From Okamejei kenojei (lineage: Eukaryota), in NCBI GenBank assembly GCA_035221665.1, contig CM069132.1, forward strand, positions 141,112,001 through 141,176,000: DNA of 64,000 nucleotides. Direction: 5' to 3'. This document shows positions 1 to 13,179 of the stretch, one piece after another; the stretch's first letter is position 1, and every line of letters starts with the position of its first letter. The notes below the pieces were generated by a model. That model did no database searches, was not told where the DNA came from, and saw nothing but the letters and a program-made list of their open reading frames with translations. Position numbers and translations under genes: made by a program.

Positions 1-779
1 AGGTAATCCCTTGGTGAAGAACTGAACAAACTCATCAAGCTGGAACTCAGCTGAGCATTACTATTCTTTCTAGAGTGCTTGAAGTCTGGTTTACCTAGCT
101 ACAACCTAGGGGAATCAATCATACAACTGAACTCAACAATTACTCGTTAATTGCTAATACTAAAAGTACTGCATTTACAGAAGGAAATCTCGTGGTTTAA
201 ACATGTTATTCAGATTTTCAGTTACTGGCTGCATAGAACAGATTTCATTTGGGGAAAAAAAAAGAAATAGCTTTAATTTGTTAGCTTAAATAGGTTACAT
301 TAATATTGACTACTTATGAAAGCAATTATAAAACAACTTTAATTTCACTCTGCCAGAGCACTATATTTAGCTAAATGGAAGAAATAGTGTTTGATCAACA
401 TCTTTCATTGTAACCATGGCAGCAGCAATATAATTTAAATCTTACCCGGTGAGGAATCCATTTATTTCCTCCATTTATCTACCCTGGAAGCAATCTTACA
501 GTAAGATAAAGAGACAGAATTGTCCATAGAATCACTCATTCTATGTTCTTAGTGAGAATATAAAGGAACTGGGGTGAGGGAATAGTTTATACAATGGGTT
601 TTGGACGTTAATTGGCTGCAGTAAATTGTTCAAATGTGTAGTGACTGGTTTTGAAAGTGGGATACAGAACTAGTGTGAGCAGGTGATCAAAGGTTGGCAT
701 GGATTTGGTGGGCCAAAGGGCTTGTTTCCATGCTGCACCTCTTCGTAAGTACTAATTAATACTCCATGATTATTTTATT

Positions 780-892
780 GTGTAGTAAGGAACTGCAGAT
801 GCTGATTTAAACCGAAGATAGACACAAAAAGCTGGAGTAACTCAGCGGGACAGGCAGCATCTGTGGCGAGAAGGAATGGGTGACGTTTCGGG
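780..892 (-). mobile_element. Short Penelope-derived unit, truncated at the hammerhead
   Basis: Same sequence family as the 3' end of the Penelope at 60385-60484; flanked by ttattttatt at 770-779 and 893-902. Confidence 0.75.
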
Positions 893-1244
893 TTATTTTA
901 TTAATGTTTTTATGTGAAATTGTGTTTAATTACACGCCCTAAATTATTGGAAACAATCCCTGTGAACAATCACATTGGAAGGCTTCCTGGAGCTCTGGAG
1001 TCCTTACTTAAATCTCCTAACGTTCTCTTCTGTTTAGTAGACCCTCCTTGGACACTCGTCTAAAGGTCTCTTCCTTTGACTCAGTGGATTATCCGATTTG
1101 ACTTCAGTGAAGAGGCTTTTGGTGTATTTCATTAAGAAGACAATATTAATGCAAGCCACCCTGGAGTTGCTGGTTACATTTCTCTGCATGATGATAGTGA
1201 CTGCAGAGTAAAATGAATGGGTTTGGTTGTAAAGAACAATGGGC

Positions 1245-1555
1245 CAGCACAGTGGTGGAGGAGCAGCAGGCACAAAGGTTGATTCCTGATCTCGAGTGCC
1301 ATCTTTGTGGAATTTCCCGGCTCTTCATGTGACCGTGTTGGTTTCCTCTAGGTACTTTGGGGTCCTCTCATGTCCCAAGGGTGTTGCGTTACTGTCCTGA
1401 GTGGGTAGGTGTGTGGTAGAATCTGGGCAGGGTGGCGGTGATGAGTGTGTGGGGAGAATACAACATCATGGAATTAATGTTGGATTAAGTTACTGCAAAT
1501 GCTTGGGAGATGATTGGAATGGGCCTGTTGGGCTAAAGAGCATTTCTGCACCGCT
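1245..1555 (+). mobile_element. Old degenerate V-SINE (other partial copies at 3065-3272 -, 10560-10815 -, 18795-19090 +, 23205-23420 +, 27835-28020 -)
   Basis: Decayed A/B boxes and V-domain tgtggaattt..gtgaccgtgttggtttcctct. Confidence 0.65.
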
Positions 1556-2147
1556 TCTATCTGCCATTCTCTCCGACAACGTGAAGACATAAATGCAACT
1601 TCTTTATTTTGCAACTATGGATAACATCAGGCAATCGTTGGCTGAAAGGTTATGGGTGAAATCTTGGCAAAGCATATTAGTAGTGTAGGAAAAAAAAAAA
1701 ACTGCTGGAAGAACTCTGTGTTGCAAACAACATCTGTGGAGGCTGTAGAACGGTTGACATTTTGAGTCGAGACCATGCATCGGGACTGAATGTAGGATCT
1801 CAACCCAAAATATTAATCATCCCTTTGTGTTCGCAGATGCTGCTTGGCCTGTAAAACGTTATTCCACCTGTTTCTGTCTGCCTGACGTGCATAGGGATAG
1901 TATAATATATTAAAGACATTATAAGGGGAAGAATTATTTTAAATAATGCATTTCATGCAGCAGCAGAATCATAATCATCTCAAGAGATTTATGTCCCGCG
2001 TTGGCTTGGAACGTCTCTTCAGACTGGAGAAGGGTCCGAACCAAAATATCGTCTGTCCATTCCCTCCACAGATGGTGCACAACTCCATCTGTCATTTCTC
2101 CATTCATTTCTGTGGTTGATCTATAATCCCACCGTATACTTTAATGG

Positions 2148-2246
2148 TAGACAAAAATGCTGGAGAAACTCAGCGGGTGAGGCAGCATCTATAGAACAAA
2201 GGAAATAGGCAATGTTTCGGGGCGAAACCCTTCTTTAAACTGAAGG
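2148..2246 (-). mobile_element. Short Penelope-derived unit with degenerate hammerhead core
   Basis: Family match; 10-bp TSD actttaatgg at 2138-2147 and 2247-2256. Confidence 0.78.
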
Positions 2247-3469
2247 ACTTTAATGGGCTTCCTCGCTGTCTGTAATGGCAGCAATCTTGGAGTCGTTTGT
2301 AAACTTACTAATCAACCGATCCACATTTATGTCCAAGTCATTTATATATATCTCATAGTTAGCACTTTTGAAGCATAGTCACTAAACCTCACACTAATAA
2401 AAACTGGCTGTAATTTCACTGCTGCATTTTAATGGGCTGCTACATTTCAACAGAGACCAAAACTGCTTCAGGACATCCTGACATTTGGAAATATTCTCTG
2501 TAAACTCCTTATTTTCTTTTAGATCACCTCGATCACCTCTGACTGAGCCAACATCAGTGACTACAGCTTGAAAATTGATGTGAGTGCAGCTCTAGACCAG
2601 AGTTCAGATGCAAACCCAAATCCATCAACAAGTTTGGTATTACACATACCATATACCTGAATTCAGCCCAATTTGCTCCAGTGAACTCCAGTGCAATTTT
2701 CTAGTTCAACCACTCTCAACAACCATTGCTCCAAAATTTAGATGCATCCATTTCTTTGGCAGATACAATTATTTTGGTTTATCAGAGCAGATAAAGCTGA
2801 AAGACTGTAGTATAGGAAATGAAGATTAAAAAATACTAGCTGGTGGAAATCTGAAACAAAATCATAATCATACTTTATTAGCCAAGTATATTTTGTAACA
2901 TACGAGGAACTTGATTTGCCAAAAATAGAAAATGCTGGAACAACTCAGCAAGTCAGACAGCGACTGCAGAAAGAGAAACAGTCAGTGCTTTGTGTCGGTA
3001 ACTGGGAGGAAATAAATTTTCAGTAGGTGGGAGAGGGATATGTAGAACAAAGGGAATGGATATAAGTTTAGTTTAATTTAGAGATCCTGCAGAAACAAGC
3101 TCTTCAGCCCAACGAGTCCGCACCGCCCAGCGATCCCTGCGCATTAATGCTACCCTACATACACTAGGGACAATTTACACTTATATCAAGCCAATTAACC
3201 TACTAACCTGTATGTCTTTGGAGCGTGGGAGGAAACCGAAGATCAGAAAAAATCCACACGGTCGCGGTGAGAACATAGAATGGGATTGAGAAAGATAGAT
3301 CAGCCATGATTGACTTGCGGAATAGATTTGATGGGCTGAATGGCCTAATTCTACTCCTAGAATTGCAGCAGATGATAAGTAGTGTCGGAAGTGAAGTGAT
3401 CTTTCTTTCCTTGCTAGACTAGTGTATGGTCCATGCGCATGGATACAAGGTTCTTGATGCCACCTCAAA

Positions 3470-4100
3470 TGTTGGTCATTAATTTGAGCATTCTGGACCA
3501 GAGGTTCCCACAAGTTGGAGGAGATGTTACAATTTCTCAAAGAGGATTTTCCTTTCTCCTCCTGGTAACCTGCCATGTCACTTTCTGTCTGTTGACAGTC
3601 TGCTTTGGAGAGTTGGTGTTGGGCGTGCAAATGATGTGACCTGCTCCTAGAGTTTTGGTGGTGGGGACATTGGGGTGGGTGCAGACACTGACTTGATTTA
3701 CTTCGTTTGCTGGTGAACTTAGAGGATTTTGCAAAGCCTTGGTGGTTTCTCTCCAATGCTCTGAGGTACTTGCTGTAAGCAATGTGTGCTTCAGAAGCAC
3801 ATAGGAAGGTCATTGTAGAATATTTGAAGTCTTGATCTTCAAACAGCCTTTTCCTCAACAACCATTCCTCAAATGGTGTGCAGGTCCACTGTACAGCAAG
3901 GGCAGTTGATTGAGGATCTCAGTCTTTGTGGAAACTAAGTGCAAGTACCTTCCCCTTGGTACACTTCACTGAATGAGCTGGTGATGTGTTTGAACTGGTG
4001 CATACACAAGCAGACTACAGCTCAACTGATGTGGTTGGCATGACCTAAAAGGGCCAATGGTGGTTAGAAAGAGGGTAGCTCACTGATAAGCATGGAGTCC
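3470..4100 (-). mobile_element. RTE-clade LINE, decayed C-terminal RT region
   Basis: LRKRLFEDQD..LCASEA..YSKYLRALERNHQ, FHKD*DPQST and KYLHL.. segments resemble RTE ORF motifs. Confidence 0.7.
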
Positions 4101-4149
4101 ACTCATTCTTCAACACTGTCAAGGTCATCTAAGACCTGAACAACAATGT

Positions 4150-4950
4150 CCTCTACCCCACTGAGAATCAAGTGGAGGTGGACTAATCAAGGACAGATAG
4201 GCAGTCAACCCCCACTGGAAGCAACACTGGAAGAACTGCTCAATCACGACCCTGCCCTTGATTCCATCCCACAGAAAACTGCCCAGACTATTTTTCCCAC
4301 CAACCCTAACCAACAAAACATCAGAGAAAAAAAAACCAAGGCTTCGGAACAAATGAAGATGCAAAATGTGGCAAAGGTAATTAATTCTTAAAGATACATT
4401 TCATAACCTCATCTTCTATGTAGGAAGGAACCACAGATGCTGGTTTCAACCGAAGATAGACACAAAATGCTGGAGTAACTCAGCGGGACAGGCAGCATTT
4501 CTGGCGAGTAGGAATGTGTGATGTTTCGGGTTGAGACCCTTCTCCGTCAGTCTGAAGAAAGGTCTCGACCCGAAACATCACTCATTCCTTCTCTCCAACA
4601 TTTTGTGTCTAACCTCATCTTCTATGAATGGGAAGAATGGAAAATGCCTCAGAAATGCCATGCTCATGACTCACTCATCTGGCAATGGCAGCTATAGAGG
4701 TCTCGTGCCAAAGGGATGGTCTTTGTCAGGGTTTTCTCTACTACTAACTACTACTGTCCAGCAGCCACAAATCTGCCTGAATCACAATGCAGATTCTGCC
4801 TGCTTAGAGTCACAATTATTACATTTTGCTACTTCAAGAGAAATGTAGAGAGCAGCATCAACCAATACACATGTTCTTTCTGAACTTAACTAAAGCAAGT
4901 ACACTACTTCCTTACCTTTGCATAACATTGCTGAGTCTCTGGAGTCATGA
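4150..4950 (+). mobile_element. RTE-clade LINE, decayed N-terminal RT region in the opposite orientation
   Basis: WKQHW..ELLNHDPALDSIPQ; GSYRG..LPESQCRF; QEKCREQHQPIHMFFLNLTKA. Confidence 0.7.
4421..4609. mobile_element. Fold-back Penelope-derived unit with two opposed hammerhead-like cores, inserted in an RTE remnant
   Basis: Inverted arms around about 4545; perfect 17-bp TSD taacctcatcttctatg at 4404-4420 and 4610-4626. Confidence 0.85.
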
Positions 4951-5749
4951 GGCGATTGCATCAGTGAGTAAATTAAAAAATTACCTCATTCCACAGCTGG
5001 GAAAAAGTCCAATACACCAAATATTCTGTAAAATCTGAGAGACCTTGGTAAACACTTCTGAACTTCAACACAGTTATTAAGTGAAATCCATTAAAAACAT
5101 TCTGCTTTTGTGAATCTTCAATTTAATAGTTTTTCGTGATTTAATCTGATTCCTCCTTGGTGGATTCAGAGCCTGAATACACAAGGACAAATCAAACCAA
5201 AGGCAATTTCACCCTCTGAGGTTTCATTCCCCACTTGAAGCAAAAACATTTGCGAATTGATAGGACTGATATGCTCTTACTTATTATCAGACGGGTTAGA
5301 GGTTAGGTGGTACTAAATATTCAAAAGATTCTGGCAAATCCGGGTACTGAGTTCCATCAGTCAGGTGGTCACTTTGTATATTTTCACTTGGTTTGGAGAT
5401 GATCCATCAGAAACTCATCGTGGATACTGTTTCGGAGAGGGAGGACAGTTTGCACAGTATGCTTTTTTTTTTAAGGCTATCTCTAGTATTATATCTAAGT
5501 CGGTTGCCATGATCACCAGAATTAAGGTGACTGTAACCTCTCCTTCATATCTCTTCCCTGGAGCAAGACCGAGATTGGGAATTCACTTCACTGATTCATC
5601 TCATTTTTCATTTAAGAGTCAAGTACAATAATTTATCCTTTTCTCAAATGCTTGTACCTTGAAAATTGCTAGGTAGCAGACGACTTTTCCATTTCAATAT
5701 CAATATCTGGCACTCAAAGATCAGACCTTTGCAATATGGGTGTAAGAAT

Positions 5750-6570
5750 ATAAGAAATAGAAGCAAGAGTAGGCTATTTCACCCTTCTCACATCTGTCAC
5801 CGTGAAATCAGATCATGACTCATCTTTGACTTCAGCACATTTCTTGACTCCACTATAATCCAAAAATCTAAAACTTAATGCGCCTATCCTTCAGAGAGGA
5901 GTCTCCATGTTAGACCTTTCTCATGGGCAGCCCACGTAACCTACTTCAGTCTGAAGAAACATCTTCAGCAAAGAAATTCTTTATCATCTCATTTTTAAAC
6001 GGATACCCTTTTTCCCCCAGACTGTATGCCTCTAATCCAAGACTCTTCCATGAGGAGAAATATCCTCCCGATATTCTTATCCAATATTTGTGCACTGTTG
6101 ATGGCTTTATTGCTCCTCTAATCCCCAATGAGATTTCTGCTGACTGGATAGCACGCAACAAAAGCGTTTCACTGTACCACAGTTCATGTGACAATAAACT
6201 AGAAACATAGAACATAGAAAGTAGGTGCAGGAGTGGGCCATTCGGCCCTTTGAGCCAGAACCACCATTCAACATGATCATGGCTGATCATCCAAAATAAG
6301 TACCCTGTTCCTGCTTTTTTCCCCCCATATCCCTTGATTCCTTTAGCAATTCTGGTCTACACTGATTGGTGCATATTCAACCTGCTCATTGTTAGACCAG
6401 CACTCCATATCCAGGATCATTCGAATGAACCTTCTTGAAATAATGATAAATAATGATATTTATTTCATTAGGGGAACTAAAAACTGTATACAGCACTCCA
6501 GATTTGGTCTCACTAAGGCCAAGAGCAGTTGGCATAAGACTTCACTGCTTTCATATTCCAACCCCTGAGG
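5750..6570 (-). mobile_element. Degenerate CR1 3' fragments with nested younger tails
   Basis: CR1 tail motif at 5750-5830 and 6200-6350; decayed RT C-terminal sequence to about 6570. Confidence 0.65.
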
Positions 6571-7649
6571 CTACAGATTGATAATATTTAATCGCCATTC
6601 CAAGTATGAAGTGTTGAACTATTAACCAGGTTATTGACACAACCGTGCTGCTGCAAAGTATGGCTGCTGCATAGTTGGAGGGTTGATTCCCATTATCCGA
6701 ATAAATGATATGTTTAAATGATACAAACATTCAGCACTAATTAATTGCACGTGACATGGTGTCAATTTGCTCCCAGCGTTCCTTTCTACGTGGAAACATG
6801 CATTAATACTAAGTAATGCCCACTCGATCCCCTGCACAGGTAATGAAAAGATGAGCTGAATGTTGCTGATTCTGCTCCTATAATGACTCAGCCAATGCAG
6901 ACTATCATTACTGCAGTTTACACTTAGAGACAGGTTCCTCTCTATTTTACCAAACACTGTCAGTAAAAGCAGTCAGTAAATTGTCTGACACTTTGAGCGC
7001 ACTGTGAAAATACAAGCCTTCCCCAGAAATAACTATTGATCTATTATAAAAGCTGATAAATCACACAGCTCCCTTTGTAAATAATGACACACAGCGAGTT
7101 ATTTGCCAAAAGATAAATACAATGTTTGATCGTCAAGTGCATTGAGAGAAATTACAAAGATGAGAAACACAATGAACAAATATGGGTCTGACAATCTAAA
7201 TGTGCTCTGATTTTCTTCCCTTCACAGCAATTATCCTTTATTTGCCCTCAGTGTAATTTAATGATTACACACTTCCAATACAAGGCAGAAACTCATTAAA
7301 TATCTTGAGTATGGTATGCTTGCTCATAATATTTTTATTAATGAGAAATAAAATAAGATTTCCACTATATTTAAATTGCATTTTCGCTTTGCTTAACATA
7401 CCAAGAGACAAGGTGAACTCAGATTAAACCCAGGTTGTACTTAACTGGCTGATCTCAACTGGTTGAAATTTCCTTTCATATCCTTGAGTAGGACAAAGGA
7501 ATAGAAGCAAATAAATCTGTACCTAAGTAAATGTGTATGTGTACGTACAGAGGTGGATGTTAATTTATTGAGTACAGTGGCAAAATGGTTTAGTAGCGTT
7601 AAACCAGCCAGAGTGTTAGACTATTGGTATAGATGCATGCACTTGAATC

Positions 7650-8105
7650 ATAGTCATAGAGTGATACAGCGTGGAAACAGGCCCTTCGGCCCAACTTGCA
7701 CACACCACCCAACATGTCTCAGCTACACTGGTCCCACCTGCCTGTACTTAGTCCATATCCCTCCAAACCTGTCCTATCCATGTACCTGTCTGTTTCTTAA
7801 ATGTTGGGATAGTCCGAGCCTAAACTACCTCCTCTGGCAGCTTGTTCCATACACCCACCACACTTTGCGTGAAACATTTACCTCTCAGATTCCTTTTAAA
7901 TCTTTTCCCCTTCACCTTAAACCTATGTCCTCTGGTCCTCGATTCACTCACTCTGGACAAGAGATCCTATGCATCTACCCGATCTATTCCTCTCATGATT
8001 TTATACACCTCTATAAGATCACCCCTCATCCTCCTGCACTACAAGGAATAAAGTTCCAGCCTACTCTACCTCTCCCTTTAGCTCAGACCTTCTAGCCCTG
8101 GCAAT
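7650..8105 (-). mobile_element. CR1 (HER1-like) 3' fragment
   Basis: Reverse complement of GATCTTATAGAGGTGTATAAAATCATGAGAGG..GGGCCGAAGGGCCTGTTTCC tail. Confidence 0.85.
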
Positions 8106-8369
8106 CCTGCTAAAATAATCAAGTGAATATGGAAACTAGAAAACACGCTCATTTCTCTGTGAAAAGCCTGCATTCTTGTAAACCCACACACAACAATGTG
8201 GTTGCCCTTCAACTGCTTTCAGTGAAGGGAAATGAGGGATGGACAATAATTTGACAGCAACATCCTGCAAATGAATAAATAGTAAAAATTTAAATTTGGG
8301 TGAGGATGGCAGATTGCAAAGCTTTAGCTAAATGTTCTTACTCACTAAGCACAACTGACGACTGAGTCA

Positions 8370-9800
8370 TCCACTTTGGTAGAAATTATAGAAAAGTAGA
8401 ATGTTTTTCAAATGGTGACAGGAGAAGATGTTTCTATGACTGGATTTGTCAGGAACTAAGGGATGGATCGTTCGGGACTGAGATAGGAAATCAATATTTC
8501 ACCTGGAGTTCACAATAATATTAGCAAGATCCTAAATGAATACTTCTTATCCAGAAGTAATCACCAGAGAGAAGGGCTGGTGGGTGGAGAATTGAGAGGG
8601 GGGTATGCTGATATTCCAGAACAAATATGTATCAGGAAAGCAGAAGTGGTATGAATATTGGAGCACTTTAGAGGGTTAAATGTCCAGGGTCACATGGATA
8701 TATCTCAGGTCTTGGGCTGAGATTTTTTGTACTTTTATTAGTCACAGGTGTGTACCAGAAGACAGGAGGATAGTTAGCGTTGTTCAAAAAAGGCTGTCGA
8801 GATATGCCTCGAAATTCATGCTGGTCAGTCAGACTTCAACGATAGGGAAGTTGTTGGAAAAGATTCGGAGGGACAGGATTTATGTTCACTGTAAAAGATA
8901 GGGAGTGATTAGAAGAGGCCAATGTGGTTTTATGGAGGGGAGAGATTATGTCTCACAAATCTGATAGGAGGCTTTTGAGGAGGTGCCCATGTGTTTTTCC
9001 TGGAGAGGAAGATACTGAGGTACGACCTGATATTGGCATATAAAATTATGAGGAGGGATTGATTGGATAGAAAGTTAAAATATTGTTCCCATGGTGGGAC
9101 AAAAGGGAATAGGCTTAAGGTCAGAGGTGAGAGGGGATCTAAAGAGAAATCTTTTCAACAGAGAGTTGTATGAGACGAGTATGAAGTGGGGGTGGAGGAA
9201 GATACTCTCACAATAATTAAGATACTTGAATTGGGCTAACCAAATTGATAACATTGCTAAAAATCACTGAAATATAGAAGGCTGAGAGGAGTTCTTATTG
9301 AAACATATAAAATTCTTATGGAATTGGACAGGCTAGACACAGAAAAAATAGAGAGAGTCATAGATTAATACAGTGTGGAAACTTGCCCACACCGGCCAAC
9401 AAAATGTTCCCAATGTTGGGGGAGTCCAGAACCAGGGGTCACAGTTCAAGAATAAGGGGTAGGCAATTTAGGATTGAGGTGAGGAAAAACATTTTCACCC
9501 AGAGTGTTGTGAATCTGCAGAATTCGCTGCTGCAGAAGGCAGTGGAGGCCAATTCACTGGATGGATTCAAGAGAGAGTTAGATATAGCTCTTACGGCTAA
9601 CGGAAACAAAGGATATGGGGAAAAAGCAGGAAAAGGGGGCTGATTCTGGATGATCAGCCGTGATCATATCGAAGGGCATACTCCTGCACCTGCAGTACTT
9701 TCTATGTTTCTAATACAGATCTATAGAAGGTAAATAGGATTAATGTGGATGGCTACAATGGACAGCAGGTCAAAGGGTCTGTTTCGATGCTGTTCAACTT
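8370..9800 (+). mobile_element. Composite of decayed CR1 fragments with a younger nested 3' fragment (about 9275-9712)
   Basis: VPEDRR..LVSQTSTIGKLLEKIRRDRIY; MFPMLGESRTRGH..IFTQSVVNLQNSL. Confidence 0.75.
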
Positions 9801-11106
9801 TATTACCATAGGTTCGAATGTGAGCAAAGAACTCACCCAGAGAATAGCTTAAAAATTATTGCTTCTTCCTTTTGTAAACTACATCTGACAATTTTCAGAA
9901 GCAGAACCTAATTATGGACAAATTTTAATATCACCAGGGTTACTCTATTTTCCACTTTATTACTCTATTATCCACTGTGTCAAGTTCTAGCACTATAGTA
10001 ATACTAATTACATTTCAACATCTCTACAGCAGAAGGTTAAGAAGGTTATCCGAGTTACCTTCAATGAAAATTATTACAATGGCCATATTTCCTCCCCAAT
10101 TATCTCACAAACATATAAGAAAAGGTTTCAAAAGCAGTAAATAATACAAAAAAGTTGCATGGCAAACACTCTTAAGTTCTTAAGCTTTTGTCTAGTTGAA
10201 CACATGGCAGACTTGGATCTAAAAGCACTTAATATGATAATCACTTCCAAAGCCTCACCTATAAAAATTGTCAGATCCACTTTACTCATTCCATTCACTG
10301 CCATCATCGATAAATATTGATTTTTTTTTCTCTCTTTCTCAATTACATGAGTTAATGTCACTGGAGATCTCAAAATAACAAACTCTTAATTTAAACCATT
10401 TCCCATGGCCCGGGATGAATTAGAAAAGCTTTGGTTAATTGAGGTTTTTACTCTGTCCGTGTTATGTTAACGCAAACAGGGATTTCACAGAAAATTGATC
10501 ATGTCAAGTCATTTTCGGTTTTTCGAAAGGAACCATGATCAAAACTGATTTTTAGCTCAGAGATGCAGCATGGAAATAGGCACTTTGGCCCACTGCGACC
10601 ACGCCAACCATTGATCACCTGTTCACACCTATTCTATGTTAGCCCATTTTCTCATCCATTTTCTTCACACTAGGGACAATTTACAGAAGCTAATTAATCT
10701 ACAAAACTGCACGTCTTTGGATTGTGGGAGAAAACCGGAGCAGCTGAAGGAAACCCATCCGGTCACAGGGAAAACGTGCAAACTCCACACAGTTCACACC
10801 AACCAAGGTCAGGACTTGGTGCTTTTAACCCCTCGGTTGCTTGTTAATGAAAAATGCATCATCTGAGGAATGGTGCCCTACCGAGCAGAACATTTGGCCC
10901 TTGATATCTTGGGGAAGAGACCCGACTTTCCTTAGGTCAGCCCTGGCAGTGGTAATACTCACATAGTTTCTCCCACAAGTCTGAATGGCCCTCATAACAG
11001 CCATACAAACAGATGAAATAGGGATGAGCCATTCAGGCTTACCTTGAGCCTGGTTTGCCATTTAAAAGGACCATGGCTGATCCCTTTGGAACCTCAACAC
11101 CATGTA

Positions 11107-11142
11107 GCACTGGGCACTGGGCGCTGGGCACTGGGCACTGGG
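11107..11142. repeat. Tandem 7-mer (GCACTGG)x5
   Basis: gcactgggcactgggcgctgggcactgggcactggg read directly. Confidence 0.9.
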
Positions 11143-11199
11143 ATGTAGCCCAGTCAGTTTTCATTGATTGATATAGCACAACGTGCTTTAGATTTAGTT

Positions 11200-11665
11200 T
11201 TATTAGCTGATAGGTTAGTTTATTACCTTATTAAAGTACAATGAAACTTTTTTTTTTGCTGTGTGGTAGCCAGTAGGCAAAATGACTATACCTAATTACA
11301 ATTAAGCTGTCCACAATGTACAGATAAAGGATATGGGGAATGACATTTAGTGCAAGATAAAGTCCAGTAAAGTCAGGTGAAAGATAGACCAAGCATGAGG
11401 TATGTGGTAGGTCAGGGCTGCTCTCTACTTGGGGATAGGATGGTTCAGTTGCCTGATAACAGCTGGGAAGAAGCTGTCCCTAAATCTTGAGGTGCACAGT
11501 ATCACACTTCTGTACCTCTTTCCTGATGGGAGAGGGGAGAAGAGAGAGTGACCAGGGCGAGACTGGTCTTTGATTATGCTGGTGGACTTGCCGAGGCAGC
11601 GTGATGTGCAGATGGAGTTAATGAAAGGGAGGTTGGTTAGCCAGATGGCCTGGGCTGTGCCCAAA
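11200..11665 (-). mobile_element. Rex1/Babar-type LINE 3' fragment
   Basis: SIIKDQSRPGHSLFSPLPSGKRYRS..TSRFRDSFFPAVIRQLN plus 3' UTR. Confidence 0.82.
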
Positions 11666-12229
11666 GACTAAGTTAATGTTCCACTCAAAAAGAAGCACCG
11701 TAGACAGTGCTTCACTCCATCAGTGGTGTATGGGAAGGTCAGATTAGTTAATGCGTTCAGACATGAGTAGGATTTGAACGTACTACAAACTGAAGGGGAA
11801 AGGCATTCGATGAAAGAACCATGGTCATGATGAGGGGAAAACAGAAACAATTTTTATTTTTACTGCATTGGCTTATATATTTTATTTTAACATTTTAAGT
11901 CTGATTGGACTGTATGCAATGCCAAAGTTCAAACACTCCACTTTCCATGGCAAGGGAGTATCTTTCAAGAGTTTTTCAGCAGAAAGTTAATTTAATCACA
12001 AATTGGTACAACCCAGGAACTATTCAATCACATCTCTGCAGCTCCTTTAATGTAAAAAAACATTCCAATGTTTTTCACAGAGGTAGAATTCACTATAAAC
12101 ACACACGACAACGCACTTTCTATCAGGCTTGTACTTGAAGTGAATAGCAACATCTTTTGGGTTTCCGAGCCAGATAATGATGAGTGAATAATTAATCAAG
12201 CAGACTCCATTTCGTGTAAAACAAATAGA

Positions 12230-12647
12230 CAATAGACAATAGGTGCAGGAGTAGGTCATCCGGCCCTTCCAGCCAGCACCACCATTCTCTGTGATCAAGG
12301 CTGATTATTCACAATCAGTACCCCGTTCCTGCTTTCTCCCCATATCCCTTGACTTTGCAATCTTTAAGAGCTCTCTCTAACTCTCTTTTGAAACATCCAG
12401 AGAATTGGCCTGCAGTGCCTTCTGAGACAGAGAATTCCTAAGATTCACAACTCTCTGGGTGAAAAGGTTTTTCCTCATCTCTGTTCTAAATGGCCAACCC
12501 CTAATTCTTAAATTGTGGCCCCTGGTTCTGGACACCCCCAACATCGGGAACATGTTTCCTGCCTCTAATGTATCCAATCTCTTAATAATCTTATATGTTT
12601 CAATAAGATCCCCTCTCATCCTAAATTCCAGTGAATACAAGCCCAGT
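12230..12647 (-). mobile_element. CR1 3' fragment, left half of the copy split by DIRS
   Basis: YSLEF.MRGDLIETYKI..SRTRGH; continues at 17221. Confidence 0.9.
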
Positions 12648-12858
12648 AGATTAAACGAGAACTTACCAGTTTGAAGTTTGATCTTTATTTTATGAGGAGT
12701 CGAGTTGAGGGACTACGTGAATAGAAGCCCGTACAGCCGTTGGTGCGTCAATCTTCAAAGCAGCGGAATGAATTCACAGCTAACAATGACCGAAGTATAA
12801 CGGTAAGATGATAAAACTAGAACTACCAGATGAGATCTATGAGGGTGGGAGCGGAGGG

Positions 12859-12965
12859 CACGTAGTCCCTCAACTCGACTCCTCATAAAAATAAAGATCA
12901 AACTTCAAACTGGTAAGTTCTCGTTTAATCTTACTATTTTACTTCGGAGTCACGTGAGTTACTAC
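12859..12965. repeat. DIRS internal complementary region (ICR)
   Basis: 12859-12931 is the reverse complement of 12648-12719 (one indel). 12936-12965 is the reverse complement of about 17191-17220 (one mismatch). Together they reconstitute the circle junction aatcttactattttac. Confidence 0.92.
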
Positions 12966-13179
12966 TTGAAGAGTTCAAAGCACTGTGAATTCACGCCGCA
13001 GACTCAAATCCGCCGTTCACACTGCCTGGATTGACTCAAAAGTCGTTAACAATCAATCATGCATCAGTAATACATTTGTTAAATGGAATAACAGTTTATT
13101 TACAAACAAATCATAACAAACCCCTCTAACTCAGGGGAAAAATGTAACAGTACTGACACCAGAATCAGCAAACACCCCG

